A stretch of DNA of 64,000 nucleotides, from positions 160,001 to 224,000 of the forward strand of contig CAWFJJ010000005.1 in NCBI GenBank assembly GCA_963816185.1, given 5' to 3'. Every line of letters starts with the position of its first letter. Positions within the stretch are counted from its first letter, which is position 1. A program made the position numbers and the translations under genes. Shown one piece after another: positions 1 through 10,363 of the stretch. This DNA comes from Thermoanaerobaculia bacterium. GTDB taxonomy: Bacteria > Acidobacteriota > Thermoanaerobaculia > UBA5066. A model generated the notes under the pieces. The model was given only the letters and a program-made list of their open reading frames with translations, ran no database searches and was not told the origin of the DNA.

Positions 1-855
1 GGAGAGAGCGCCGGACGTGGCGCCGGCGGTGATCTGCGCGGCGTCGGTCGCGGCCGCCACGGCGGCGGGGATGCCGATGAAGATGAGGAGCGGCGTCATC
101 AGGAAGCCGCCTCCGACGCCGAAGAGGCCGGACAGGAATCCGACGAGTGAGCCCATTCCCGCGATGAGAAGAGGGCTCACGGAGGCGCCGGCCACCGGGA
201 AGTAGAACCGCAGGTGCTCGAAAAGGCCTTTGCTCTCCTGGTGCTGCACCCGCCCGACCATGGCCGGTGTGACGTTCGGGTGGCAGGCGCCGCACGTCTG
301 CGCGAGCCTGCCGGGGCTGACGCTCGAACGGGGATCGCTTGCGGGAAGGATGTCGTGAGCCTCGTGGCACGACGGGCAAGTGGCCACGTCGAGAATGCCG
401 TGAGAGAGGGCCACGCCGTGGAACGTCCGCTCGAAGCCCTCCACGCTCGCCGAAGGCAGCTCGGTGTGACGCAGCACCGCGGGGTCGTCGTGGCAGCGCG
501 CGCAGGTCATGGAGACGCGGCCGACCGAGGTGGGCGCGGCCGCGCTGTGCACCGGCAGCACGGCATGGCCGCCGTGACACGACACGCAGGTGGCGGAAAG
601 ACCGTCGCCATTGGCCACGCTGCGGGCGTGCGAGCTCGTGCGGTAAGCCTGAAGCTGCTTCTCGTGGCAGCGACCGCACGAGGCGGCCACGTTCTCGGCG
701 CTCACCGCTGACGCGAAACCGGTCGACGACGCCCCCTCGGACCCGTGACACTCTGCGCACGCCAGGCCCGCGTGAACGCCTCCGAGAGGGACCCGGCCGC
801 CCACCGCCAGAGGACTCGCGAGGACGTGACTTCCGAACCCGAAAGCCGCCGCCAT
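1..855 (-). CDS. Multiheme (6x CxxCH) cytochrome c domain fused to a TauE/SafE-family membrane domain; 3' end runs off the window, start uncertain (about 855-900)
   Basis: Manual translation, not in the ORF track. CAECH 745-759, CGRCH 664-678, CVSCH 574-588, CARCH 490-504, CPSCH 364-378, CGACH 280-294, then in frame YFPVAGASVSPLLIAGMGSLVGFLSGLFGVGGGFLMTPLLIFIGIP (TauE signature); no stop in between. Confidence 0.88.
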   Translation of the reverse strand, partial: MAAAFGFGSHVLASPLAVGGRVPLGGVHAGLACAECHGSEGASSTGFASAVSAENVAASCGRCHEKQLQAYRTSSHARSVANGDGLSATCVSCHGGHAVLPVHSAAAPTSVGRVSMTCARCHDDPAVLRHTELPSASVEGFERTFHGVALSHGILDVATCPSCHEAHDILPASDPRSSVSPGRLAQTCGACHPNVTPAMVGRVQHQESKGLFEHLRFYFPVAGASVSPLLIAGMGSLVGFLSGLFGVGGGFLMTPLLIFIGIPAAVAAATDAAQITAGATSGALS

Positions 856-964
856 CAGAAGGGTCGTGCGCCCTGAGACCCTCAGCGCCGGGCGCGCCTC
901 ATGACGGCCGCCTCGCAGGAATCGAGCGCCTCCCGCCGGACGCTGGCAGCTCTGCACGGCGGTG

Positions 965-979
965 GCAAAGCAAGTCCCA
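965..979 (-). promoter_or_regulatory. Sigma54 -24/-12 promoter candidate for the cytochrome-TauE gene
   Basis: Minus strand TGGGACTTGCTTTGC = GG-N10-GC with TTGC; next to a sigma54 activator gene. Confidence 0.65.
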
Positions 980-1135
980 CGCCTCGATCTCGACGGGCCA
1001 CCGATTCGCTAATGATTGATGGCGTTGAACTTGTAGCTCTGGAGGCCAAAGCCGCGAAGGCGGCTTGTTACGATCTCTTCCCATACGGGGCGGAGTGCGA
1101 TCATCTCCCGGGTCCCCAAAACGAAACGGGCGACG

Positions 1136-2515
1136 TCAGCCGGTCTCGAGACCGTAGTGCTTCGTCTTCTCCCAGAGGGTCTTTCGGCTGACGCGCAGGA
1201 GCTGCGCGGCTTCGCTTCGGCGCCCCTCGGTGGTCTCCAGCGCGGCCTTGATGGCCTCGATCTCCGCTCGCTCGACCGCTTCCTGCAGGGTCGTCGCCTG
1301 TGGGGCGGCGGGAGCGCGGTGCGGGGCGGAGCTCGCCGTGCGCACGTTGGCGGGGAGGTCGTCGATCGTGATCTTCGAGCCGGTGCAGAACAGAGCCGCC
1401 CTCTCCACGACGTTGCGAAGCTCCCGCACGTTCCCCGACCAGTGATGCGCGTCGAACGCCTGCAGCGCCTCCGTGGAGAATCCCACGACCGCCTTCTGCC
1501 TCGCGCGCGTGAACTCCTCCAGGAACGACCGGGCCAGGATCGGGATGTCTTCCCTTCGTTCGCGCAACGGCGGGAGGTGAATGGTCACCGTGTTGATGCG
1601 GAAGAAGAGGTCCTCGCGGAACAGACCTTCTGTGATCTCCTCCTCAAGCGGGCGGAGCGACGCCGAGACGATGCGGAAGTCCACATTGATGGTGCGCTGC
1701 GAGCCGAGCCGTTCGATCTGCCGCTCCTGAAGGACGCGCAACAGCTTGACCTGGAAGGAAGGGGGGAGCTCGCCGATCTCGTCCAGGAACAGCGTGCCTC
1801 CGGACGCGGCCTCGAATCGCCCGATCCGTCGGTCGGTCGCACCGGTGAATGCGCCTCTCTCGTATCCGAAAAGCTCCGATTCGAGCAGCGATTCGGGAAG
1901 CGAGGCGCAGCTCACGCGAATGTAGGGGCGGGCTCGCCGCGCCGAGTTGTAATGGACCGCGGAGGCGACGAGCTCCTTGCCCGTGCCGCTCTCTCCTTGA
2001 ACGAGGACGTTCGCGTCGGAGTCGGCGACCACCTTGATCAGCTCGAACACCTCGTGCATCTGCTTGCTCTTGCCGATGATGCTGCCGAACGAGAAGCGCT
2101 GCTCGAGCTGCTCTTGAAGGCGGACGTTCTGCTCCTTGAGCGACCGGAAGGAGCAGACATTGTCGAGGCGCAGCAGGAGCTGCATCATCGAGAACGGCTT
2201 CGTGATGAAGTCCGCGGCGCCCTGCCGCATGGCGTCCACCGCCGAGTCGATCGTGCCGTGCGCCGTGATGATGATGACCGTCGCGTCGGGCTTGAGGGCT
2301 TTGACGCGTCGAAGGAGCTCGAGGCCGTCGACACGCGGCATCAGCAGATCGGTCAGGACGACCTCGTGACCCTGCCGCTCGAACTGCGCAAACGCTTTCG
2401 CGCCATCCTCCGCGACGTCCACCTCCCAGCCTTCCTTGCGAAGAGCGTCCGCCATCGTGATGCGGAGAATCGGCTCGTCCTCGGCGATCAGGAGTCGGTT
2501 TCCACAGAGTGTCAT
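1136..2515 (-). CDS. NtrC/AtoC-family sigma54-dependent response regulator
   Basis: Receiver domain, [24 protein letters not shown], Fis-type HTH. Confidence 0.95.
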   Translation of the reverse strand: MTLCGNRLLIAEDEPILRITMADALRKEGWEVDVAEDGAKAFAQFERQGHEVVLTDLLMPRVDGLELLRRVKALKPDATVIIITAHGTIDSAVDAMRQGAADFITKPFSMMQLLLRLDNVCSFRSLKEQNVRLQEQLEQRFSFGSIIGKSKQMHEVFELIKVVADSDANVLVQGESGTGKELVASAVHYNSARRARPYIRVSCASLPESLLESELFGYERGAFTGATDRRIGRFEAASGGTLFLDEIGELPPSFQVKLLRVLQERQIERLGSQRTINVDFRIVSASLRPLEEEITEGLFREDLFFRINTVTIHLPPLRERREDIPILARSFLEEFTRARQKAVVGFSTEALQAFDAHHWSGNVRELRNVVERAALFCTGSKITIDDLPANVRTASSAPHRAPAAPQATTLQEAVERAEIEAIKAALETTEGRRSEAAQLLRVSRKTLWEKTKHYGLETG

Positions 2516-3987
2516 GGCGTTACTTCTTCGGCCTGCGGGGGGTGGCTCAGGGGCAGGGTGATCCGGAAGGTGGCTCCCTTGCCCACCTGGCTGTTCACCT
2601 CGATGGTCCCGTTGTGAGCCGCGACGATATTATAGCTGACCGCGAGGCCGAGCCCGGTGCCCTTGCCCACGTCGCGGGTGGAGAAGAAGGGGTCGAAAAT
2701 GCGCTCGCGGATCTCTTCTGGAATCCCGACTCCCGTGTCGATCACCTCCGTCACCGCGTTCCCGCCGGTGCGTCGCGTGCGAAGCGTGAGCTTTCCCCCC
2801 TTCGGCATGGCCTGGATGGCGTTCAAGACGAGGTTCAGGAAGAGCTGTTCCATCTGGAAATGATCCGCTAGCACGACGGGCTCGACCGGCGCCAGGTCGA
2901 AGAGCACCTCCACGCGGTTCGCCCGAAGCTGATATTGAGCCAGCTCGACCACATGGCGGAGATTCTCGTTGAGGGACGTGGGCTCGGGGCGGATCTCGCT
3001 CGGCCGGGAAAAATCCAGGAGGTTCAGAACCGTGTGCTCGATTCGCTTGATGCCGTCCTGCACGAGGGCGAGGTATCGGTCGCGCATCTCGACGTCTTCC
3101 GGGTGGGCGACGATCGCCTCCAGGCAGGTGAGGATGCCCGCCAGCGGATTGTTCACCTCGTGAGCGACTCCCGCGGCGAGGGTCCCCACGGCGGCCATCT
3201 TCTCCGTGTGGGCCAGCCTGGCCCACCGCATCTCCTCCCGCCCTCGCGCTTGCTCGAGCTCCTCCATCGTCCGGTTGAAGGCCGCGGCCAGCTCGCCAAC
3301 CTCGTCCCATCGCTTGACCGGAGCACGTGCTTTCAGATCACCCCGCCCGGCCTGCCTCATGGTGTTGTGCAGGTTGAGGATCGGCCGGATCAGCGTCTCG
3401 ACGTAGACCGCGGTGAGGATGGAGCTTCCCAGCATGAGGATGAGCGCCACGAGGCCGGCGCGCTTGGCGATGCCGCGAACCTCCTGCTCGATCGGACTGA
3501 GGGAGAACCCGATGGCCAGGGAGCCCCAGAAGCGTGTCGAGATGCTGAGGGACGTGCGGACCTCGAGAATCCGTTCCCCGGACGAGGCCGTGCGCTGCTC
3601 GACAAGGGAAGCCCCCCCGACCGGAGAACGGTACAAAGCTCGCCCGAAGCGTTGCCCGATGAGGTTCCAACGGTTGGAGTGGGTGACGACTCCCCGCTGG
3701 TCGGTGATGATGACGTAGCGCACGAAGTCGCGGTTGCGGTCGATCAAGCCGTCGAGGTAGCTCTCGATGAGCCCCTCCTCCACGACCGCGCCCAGCTCCC
3801 CGTAGACGAGCGCGTCCGTGACAGGCACTGTAAACGTTTCTGCGAGGGCCCTTCCGCGCGCGACGATCTCGTCGTAGCGAGCGCTACGCTCGTGAATCAC
3901 AGCCAGCACGGTGACGAGCCCCATGGTCACCGCAATGAGGGTGTTCGAGTAAAGGAAGAACTTCAGGCGAAGACCGAGAAACGCCAT
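2512..3987 (-). CDS. Membrane sensor histidine kinase (HAMP, HisKA, HATPase)
   Basis: Two TM segments, [13 protein letters not shown]-box, GKGTGLGL; start trimmed to MAFLGLRLK. Confidence 0.93.
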   Translation of the reverse strand: MAFLGLRLKFFLYSNTLIAVTMGLVTVLAVIHERSARYDEIVARGRALAETFTVPVTDALVYGELGAVVEEGLIESYLDGLIDRNRDFVRYVIITDQRGVVTHSNRWNLIGQRFGRALYRSPVGGASLVEQRTASSGERILEVRTSLSISTRFWGSLAIGFSLSPIEQEVRGIAKRAGLVALILMLGSSILTAVYVETLIRPILNLHNTMRQAGRGDLKARAPVKRWDEVGELAAAFNRTMEELEQARGREEMRWARLAHTEKMAAVGTLAAGVAHEVNNPLAGILTCLEAIVAHPEDVEMRDRYLALVQDGIKRIEHTVLNLLDFSRPSEIRPEPTSLNENLRHVVELAQYQLRANRVEVLFDLAPVEPVVLADHFQMEQLFLNLVLNAIQAMPKGGKLTLRTRRTGGNAVTEVIDTGVGIPEEIRERIFDPFFSTRDVGKGTGLGLAVSYNIVAAHNGTIEVNSQVGKGATFRITLPLSHPPQAEEVTP

Positions 3988-3989
3988 GT

Positions 3990-4895
3990 TCACTGCCGCG
4001 CCGGGAGGCACTCCCTCCTCATCGCCGAGTCGGAGAGAGTGAGCGCGTTTGAGCCGAACACCCGCCGGGCGAGCTTGCGGATCGGGTCGTATTCCTCGTC
4101 GGACACGGGCACGAAGCCTTCGGAGAGCTCTTCCTCCCAATCCTTCATTGCCGCCGCCACCCAGCGATTCTGGCCCGGGAGGACGGCGAGAACGCGCACG
4201 AGCTGCTCCCGAAGTGCCGGCGGCGTTCCGGGGGCCAGTCCGAGCACGAAGTTGGGAATCTGATCCGAGCGGGCCAGGACCCGGAGCGCCTGTCGCGCCA
4301 CGAACTTCTCCCCCACGATGTCGCGCACCGCGCAGGCATCCACCTCTCTAAGAAGGACCGCCCGCGCCGCTTGTTCATTTTGGGCGTAGTACCGGCAGCT
4401 GAGGTTCACGCCGACGCGCAGGCCGGCGTCCTCGAGCATCCCGCGCGCCACGAGGCTGGACGCCGTCGACATCGGCTCGCCGAAGCCGAACTTCTTGCCG
4501 GCCAGCTCCTCAAGGTGCTGCAGCTTGCTGTCGACGCGAACCATGATGAGGCCGTGATACGTGGGCTTGCCGTGGGTGTTGAGCTTGACCACCGGGATGA
4601 CCTGGCAGGCTGCGTGAGCGCGCGCATAGGTGTAAGGACCGAGATTAGCCATCGTCAGCTTTCCGGCGCAGAGGTCCTCCACTGCTTTTTCATAGGAGTC
4701 GACGAGCACGAGATCCCAAGGCTCTCCCGTAGCGCTTTCGAGATAGTTGGCCAGGGGTTGGTACTTGAGGTACATCACCCGGGGGGTATAAACGCTCACG
4801 ACCCCGAAGCGCTTGCGAGGCGACGGCTTTGCGGGTGCCGCGGCCGCGCCGGCAGCCAGCAAGACGACACCCACCAAGCTAGCGAGCGTTCGCAT
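3990..4895 (-). CDS. PhnD/PtxB-like periplasmic oxyanion-binding protein
   Basis: Signal peptide; YQPLANYLE, NLGPYTY, Y-x-GLIMVRVDS, GEPMSTAS motifs; no ABC permease or ATPase nearby. Confidence 0.8.
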   Translation of the reverse strand: MRTLASLVGVVLLAAGAAAAPAKPSPRKRFGVVSVYTPRVMYLKYQPLANYLESATGEPWDLVLVDSYEKAVEDLCAGKLTMANLGPYTYARAHAACQVIPVVKLNTHGKPTYHGLIMVRVDSKLQHLEELAGKKFGFGEPMSTASSLVARGMLEDAGLRVGVNLSCRYYAQNEQAARAVLLREVDACAVRDIVGEKFVARQALRVLARSDQIPNFVLGLAPGTPPALREQLVRVLAVLPGQNRWVAAAMKDWEEELSEGFVPVSDEEYDPIRKLARRVFGSNALTLSDSAMRRECLPARQ

Positions 4896-6648
4896 GGTTT
4901 CGCCTCTCCTCGAGTGCCGCGATCAGCGCAGCGGCGCCCCCGTCTGGGCTCACCTCGACGGCGGGGTTCCACCCGACGTCCTCCGCCCGGCTCGCCGCGG
5001 CGGCGCCCAGACACCACGCGACCGCTTCACCCCGCCATGACGGCCGTTCGGCGACGAACGCGTCCACCTCTCGTGGGGTCCTCAGCAAGCAACCCGTGAG
5101 CGGCAGCGCTCCCATCGCCGTTCGGGCGGCCGCCGTGAGGGGAACGGGCACCTCCACCAGCGCAGCGCCGACTCGCTCCAGATCGGCTCGAAGCCTCCCG
5201 GCCGGCGCGGCGACTGTCAGACGCTCGCCGAAAAGCGGTCGGCGCGTGAACCAGTCCAGACGACCGGCATGGCGCACGGCCGAGCCGATGACGAAGATCG
5301 CGGGGGGAAGGATTCCCGCCGCCTCGGCCGCCGCCGGCAGGTCGCGCAACGGGGCGCGCACGACGCGCTGGGCCGGCGTCGCGCCCCGCTCGATGAGCGC
5401 GGAGGGCATCTCGGGGTCCATTCCCGCCGCAAGGAGGCTGGCGCTCACGTTCTTCAGGGCCGAAACTCCCATGAAGCCGATGAGCGTGGCGCACGGGTCG
5501 CCGGCGAGCAGCTCCCACCGGACCTGCGGTCCGCTCTTCTTGATGCTCTCGTGAGCGGTGACCAGCGTGACGCGAACGGCTTCGTCGCGGAAGGTCACAG
5601 GGATCCCGGCGTAGATCGGAACCGCCGTTCCGGCCGACACGCCGGGCACGACGTCGAACGAGACGCCGGCCGCCGAGAGCGCTTCGGCTTCCTCGCCTCC
5701 CCTACCGAAGATGCAGGGGTCGCCCCCCTTGAAGCGCACGACCCGTTTGCCCTCGTGCGCAAGGCGGACCAGCATCGCCTCGATCTCCTCCTGCGGCACC
5801 GAGTGGTGCCCGGCCTCCTTGCCCACGCTGAGGAGCTCGACAGTGGGAGGCAAGTCGGGCGGGAGGGCGGGCTCGGCGAGTCGGTCGAAGACCACCGCGT
5901 CCGCGGCCATGAGCCGCTCGCGGCCGCTCAACGTCAAAAGGCCCGGATCACCGGGCCCGGCGCCGACGAGAGAGACGAAACCGACGTTCGTCTCGCGCGT
6001 CTTCGGCTGCGAGCCGGAGGGCGCCTCCGCCCTCGACAGCCAAGCCGTCTCCTCCTCGGAGGTGGGCGGGCGCACGGCCAGCGTCTCGGCGTCGACCGTC
6101 GCCGCAAAGAAGCGATCGAACAGTTTCTCCCGGTCTTCCGGACCGATCTCGAGCGCCCGGACCCGGACGCGGAAACGGGCCGCCGCCGTCATCCAATCGG
6201 CCCACTCGGGGGTGAAGCGGCGCTCCAGGATCTGGCGGAGACGCCGGACCGCGAACGGCGCCTGCCCTTCCGAGGCGACGGCGATCTGCAACGGGCCTCG
6301 CCTCACGCGCGCCGGCAGATGGAACGTGCAGAGCTCCGGGTCGTCGGCGACGTTGACCCACGTTCCGGCCGCCTCGGCGTCCCCGGCCACGCGGCGATTC
6401 GTCTCGGCGCTGTCCGTGGCGGCCAGGACGAGGCGATAGCCGGCAGCCTCTCCGCCCCGGTAAGCCCGCCTCTGAAGGCTCAATTTGCCGCTCGAGGCCA
6501 GCGATTCGAGAGCGGAGACGGGAGAGAGCGCGACGACCGTGACCTTGGCGCCCGCCTCGAGAAGCCCTTCGACCTTTCGGAGCGCGACCTCACCTCCGCC
6601 CACGACGAGGCACGCGCGACCGCTGAGGCTGAGCGTTACGGGCAGCAT
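4879..6648 (-). CDS. cysG: Siroheme synthase (precorrin-2 dehydrogenase/ferrochelatase + uroporphyrinogen-III methyltransferase) with short HemD-like tail
   Basis: VVGGGEVALRK, VNVADDPELCTF, VSLVGAGPGDPGLLT, RFKGGDP; tail LDWFTRRPLFG as in CobA/HemD fusions. Confidence 0.9.
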   Translation of the reverse strand: MLPVTLSLSGRACLVVGGGEVALRKVEGLLEAGAKVTVVALSPVSALESLASSGKLSLQRRAYRGGEAAGYRLVLAATDSAETNRRVAGDAEAAGTWVNVADDPELCTFHLPARVRRGPLQIAVASEGQAPFAVRRLRQILERRFTPEWADWMTAAARFRVRVRALEIGPEDREKLFDRFFAATVDAETLAVRPPTSEEETAWLSRAEAPSGSQPKTRETNVGFVSLVGAGPGDPGLLTLSGRERLMAADAVVFDRLAEPALPPDLPPTVELLSVGKEAGHHSVPQEEIEAMLVRLAHEGKRVVRFKGGDPCIFGRGGEEAEALSAAGVSFDVVPGVSAGTAVPIYAGIPVTFRDEAVRVTLVTAHESIKKSGPQVRWELLAGDPCATLIGFMGVSALKNVSASLLAAGMDPEMPSALIERGATPAQRVVRAPLRDLPAAAEAAGILPPAIFVIGSAVRHAGRLDWFTRRPLFGERLTVAAPAGRLRADLERVGAALVEVPVPLTAAARTAMGALPLTGCLLRTPREVDAFVAERPSWRGEAVAWCLGAAAASRAEDVGWNPAVEVSPDGGAAALIAALEERRNHANAR

Positions 6649-6682
6649 GGTCTCACTCGATCGGGGCCCTCCTCGAGCCATC

Positions 6683-8368
6683 TTACAGGGAGGTTTTCCC
6701 CGGTGATCCGGCCAACCCCATGAGCGCCCTGAGCCGCAGACCCCCGGCCAGGTACTTCGCCGACCCACCCGCCGCCTTGAGGAGCCGGACGGCCTCGGCG
6801 GAGCGGGCCCCCCGCTCACAGATCGCCAGCCACTCGCCACGTTCCGGGAGCGGGAGCGAAGAGCGCAGCTCCTCGAGAGGAGCCTGCCGCGCGGAGGCTG
6901 GAAGAGGGCGTTCTTCCGTCTCGCCGCTGTGCCGCACGTCGAGCAGGCGCGGGCCTTCGAGGGCACCGCCGGGGGGGCGTGCCTCGATTCCCTCCTCCTG
7001 GTTCTCCGCGGCGAAGGCTGCTTGGGCGAGTGGGTCGATCGCGGGAGCGAAAGGAGGCGCATACGCCTGCTCCAGATTGGCAAATTCACCCAAATCCGCG
7101 CCGCGCGCGATGAGCTGCGTGGCGACGTCGACCCGCTTGGCGACGTCGCCCTCGCCGACCGCCTGCACGCCCAGGACCCGCCGCGATCCCGCCTCGTAGA
7201 CGAGATGGACCACGATTTCCTTGGCCTCGGGCCAGTAGTGCGCGCGGTCGTGGGCAACCACCCAAGCCGAACGCGCTTGCAAGCCTGTCGCCTCGGCAGC
7301 CGCGCGCGTCACGCCGGTCGCCGCCACGTTGAGATCGAAGACCTTCACCGCCACCGCCCCCACCGCTCCCGGAAACCGGTCTTTGCCGCCGGCGAGGACG
7401 TTGGCGAGGGCTCGCCCCTGACGGTTGGCGAGCGAGCCGAGCGGCAGGTAGGCCGAGTCACCTCCGGGGATCCGCCGCACCTCGACGCAGTCTCCCGCCG
7501 CCCAGACGTGGGGAATGCTCGTGGCGAGACGCTCGTCCACGCAAATGGCGCCGGTCCTTCCGAGGGCGACGCCGGCCGAACGCGCGAGATCGACCTGGGG
7601 TTCCACTCCGATCGCCACGAGGACGAGGTCCCCGGCGAAGCGTTCCGCGGCAGCCGTCACCTCCGCCCGTTCGTCGTCGGCCGTGATCGCTGAGACCGCG
7701 GCGCCGGTGCGCAGATCCACCCCGTTTCGCCGAAGCGCCGCGGCGACCACAGCACCGATCTCCGGGTCGAGGAAGCCGGCAAGGGGAGCGTTCGCCGCTT
7801 CCAGCAGGGAGACCTCGACGCCCCAGAGGAGGTGGAAGGCTTCGGAGAGCTCGCACCCGACCAGGCCGGCGCCCACGATCACGACTCGCGAGATCTGCCC
7901 CTTGCCGAGAGCCGAGTGGACCGGCGCGAGGTCCTCGGGAGCGTGAAACGAACGGACGCGGGGATGGAGTGGCTGGTTGGGGAGACGACGGGCCCGGGCC
8001 CCGGTCGCCAGCACGAGGTCGTCCCACTCGAGAGCCACGCGCTCCGATCCGGGTCCCTCGCACGTGAGCAAACCGGCACCCACGTCCACGGCCGTCACCC
8101 GGCCTGAAAGCACCTCGACGCCCTTGACCGCGGCGAAGTAGGCGGCGTCGCGCAGGGCGCCGTCGCTCGTCGTTTGCAAAGACGCGGCAGAGGCGACGTC
8201 GCCGGAAAGCACGTAGGGGAGGCCGCAGGCGGCCACGGAGAAGGTCTCCCGCTCCTCCACCACGGTGATGGGCCACTTCGGCCGAAGGCGGGCCAGGCGG
8301 CAGGCGCAGCGCAGCCCCGCCGCCGAGGCGCCCACGATCACGACCCGACGTCGTCCTTCAGCGTTCAC
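6683..8368 (-). CDS. CoA-disulfide/persulfide reductase-like flavoprotein with C-terminal rhodanese domain
   Basis: GASAAG FAD motif, SVAACGLPY redox Cys, AYAPPF, rhodanese loop ICERGARS. Confidence 0.85.
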   Translation of the reverse strand: MNAEGRRRVVIVGASAAGLRCACRLARLRPKWPITVVEERETFSVAACGLPYVLSGDVASAASLQTTSDGALRDAAYFAAVKGVEVLSGRVTAVDVGAGLLTCEGPGSERVALEWDDLVLATGARARRLPNQPLHPRVRSFHAPEDLAPVHSALGKGQISRVVIVGAGLVGCELSEAFHLLWGVEVSLLEAANAPLAGFLDPEIGAVVAAALRRNGVDLRTGAAVSAITADDERAEVTAAAERFAGDLVLVAIGVEPQVDLARSAGVALGRTGAICVDERLATSIPHVWAAGDCVEVRRIPGGDSAYLPLGSLANRQGRALANVLAGGKDRFPGAVGAVAVKVFDLNVAATGVTRAAAEATGLQARSAWVVAHDRAHYWPEAKEIVVHLVYEAGSRRVLGVQAVGEGDVAKRVDVATQLIARGADLGEFANLEQAYAPPFAPAIDPLAQAAFAAENQEEGIEARPPGGALEGPRLLDVRHSGETEERPLPASARQAPLEELRSSLPLPERGEWLAICERGARSAEAVRLLKAAGGSAKYLAGGLRLRALMGLAGSPGKTSL

Positions 8369-8433
8369 GCGCCCTTACCTCTTCCGTCACGACCCACTGG
8401 CGGCGCGGCCGGGCGCCGCGCCGGCCGACGACC

Positions 8434-9591
8434 TTATGCCGCGACTTCCCCTCGCACCGACAGAGCGATCTTGTAGAAGATCGTGATGAGCAAAAGGCCC
8501 CCGGCATAGATGCCCAGGGAGATCAGCAGCTCCGGCGCCGTCGGGCTGTAGGAGGTCACCTTTCCCAGGGGAGACGGCACGAAGCCGGTCACGATCATCC
8601 CGAGCCCCTTTTCGATCCAGATGGAGAAGAAGACCGCGATGCACGCGACCGTCAAGGTGCTCTCCCGGCGCCGAGTCCGCGGGTTGAGCAGGAGAACGAG
8701 AGCCGTCACGGCGAGAGCCTCGGCTGCCCACGTCCAGGGGACGAGGGTGGTCCTCCCGTTCAGTCCCAGGAACAGGAACTCGAAGTGCTCGATGTGCTCG
8801 GGGATGCCGCCGTAAAGGGCGGTGAAGAGCTCCATCAAGACGAAGAAGACATTGGCGCACATGGCGTACGTCGCGATGAGCGCCAGCTTCTGGATCGGCT
8901 CTTTCCCCGCGTCGAACCGCGTGATCTTGCGAAGGATCAGGCACATCAGGATCAGCAGCGCGGGACCGGAGGAGAACGCCGACGCGAGGAAGCGCGGGGC
9001 CAGAATCGCGGTCAGCCAGAACGGCCGCGCCGCCAGCCCCGAGTAGAGGAACGCCGTGACCGTATGAATGGAGATCGCCCACGGAATCGAGAGCACGATG
9101 ATCGGCTTGATCCAGTGCGGAGGGGGGACCCCCTTGCGCTCCGCCCCCAGCGTCACGTGCGAGATCAGCACGTTGAGAACGAGGTAGCCCGAGAGGGAGA
9201 CCATGTCCCAGAACATGAGGGAGTGGGGCGTCGGGTAGAGCATCACGTTGAGCACACGCGTCGGCTGCCCCATGTCCACGAAGATGAACAGCATGCACAT
9301 GGTCACGGCGGCGATCGCGAGGAACTCGCCGAGGATCGTGAGCTTGCTGAAAGCCTTCCAGTCGTGCAGGTAGTAAGGGAGGACGACCATCACCGCCGAG
9401 GCCGCCACGCCGACGAGGAACGTGAACTGCGCGATGTAGAGGCCCCATGTGACGTCGCGGGAGAGGCCCGTGATACCGAGGCCGAGGGCGAACTGGCGCA
9501 TGTAGAAGATCGCTCCCAAGGCGATGAGCCCGAGGAGAAGGGTCACCCAGCGCCAATAGCCTCTGCTTCCGACCAACGCTTTCTCGAGCAT
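8434..9591 (-). CDS. dsrP: DsrP, NrfD/PsrC-family membrane subunit
   Basis: TGLSRDVTWGLYIAQFTFLVGVAAS, IPWAISIHTVTAF; follows dsrO. Confidence 0.95.
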   Translation of the reverse strand: MLEKALVGSRGYWRWVTLLLGLIALGAIFYMRQFALGLGITGLSRDVTWGLYIAQFTFLVGVAASAVMVVLPYYLHDWKAFSKLTILGEFLAIAAVTMCMLFIFVDMGQPTRVLNVMLYPTPHSLMFWDMVSLSGYLVLNVLISHVTLGAERKGVPPPHWIKPIIVLSIPWAISIHTVTAFLYSGLAARPFWLTAILAPRFLASAFSSGPALLILMCLILRKITRFDAGKEPIQKLALIATYAMCANVFFVLMELFTALYGGIPEHIEHFEFLFLGLNGRTTLVPWTWAAEALAVTALVLLLNPRTRRRESTLTVACIAVFFSIWIEKGLGMIVTGFVPSPLGKVTSYSPTAPELLISLGIYAGGLLLITIFYKIALSVRGEVAA

Positions 9592-9598
9592 TTACGCC

Positions 9599-10363
9599 TC
9601 ACACCAGGTAATAGACTTCGGGTTGGGTCCCGAGGCCCGGCTTGCGGCGCAGCGCGAATCGCGACCGGAGCAGGCGCCGCACCTCGGAGTCGGGATCGTT
9701 CAGATCGCCGAACGTCATCGCTTTCTCCTTGCAGGCCGCCACGCACGCCGGCTCCTCGCCCCGGTCCAGCCTTTCGTCGCAGAACGTGCACTTCTCGACG
9801 ACCCCCTTCGTGCGCGTCGGGAAATCCCGGTTCAGCACCTTGAGGTGCGGGCGCGGGTCCTCCCAGTTGAAGCTCCGGGAACCGTAGGGGCACGCGGCCA
9901 TGCAATAGCGGCACCCGATGCAGCGGTGCCAGTCCATCATCACGACGCCGTCGGAGCGCTTCCAGGTCGCCCCGGTGGGGCAGACGCGGGCGCACGGAGG
10001 GTTGTCGCAGTGGTTGCAGAAGACCAGGGCCGGCCCCGCGGTGAGCGCCTCGTCCACGTAGGGAGAGTTCTCGTCGGGGAAGACGTCGTGGAAACGCTCC
10101 TGCCAGATCCACTTCACGGCGTGCTTCGGGTCCGACATCGTGGGGACGTTGTGGACGCGGTGACAGGCCTCGGTGCATGCCGTGCAGTCTTTCGTCTCGA
10201 GACACTTGCGCAAATCGATGACCATCGCGCGCCGGATCCCCTTCGGGGCCTCCGAGGTCGAGGCTTCCGCCGTGCCGTCGAGCCGTGAGAGGGATTCGCT
10301 GCCGGCGACGCAGAGCGCGGTCAGGCCGGCGAGCTTCAGGAAATTCCTGCGGTCCTCTCCCAT
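9599..10363 (-). CDS. dsrO: DsrO, Tat-exported 4Fe-4S protein
   Basis: RRNFLK Tat motif; CNHCDNPPC, CIGCRYCMAAC, EKCTFC. Confidence 0.95.
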   Translation of the reverse strand: MGEDRRNFLKLAGLTALCVAGSESLSRLDGTAEASTSEAPKGIRRAMVIDLRKCLETKDCTACTEACHRVHNVPTMSDPKHAVKWIWQERFHDVFPDENSPYVDEALTAGPALVFCNHCDNPPCARVCPTGATWKRSDGVVMMDWHRCIGCRYCMAACPYGSRSFNWEDPRPHLKVLNRDFPTRTKGVVEKCTFCDERLDRGEEPACVAACKEKAMTFGDLNDPDSEVRRLLRSRFALRRKPGLGTQPEVYYLV

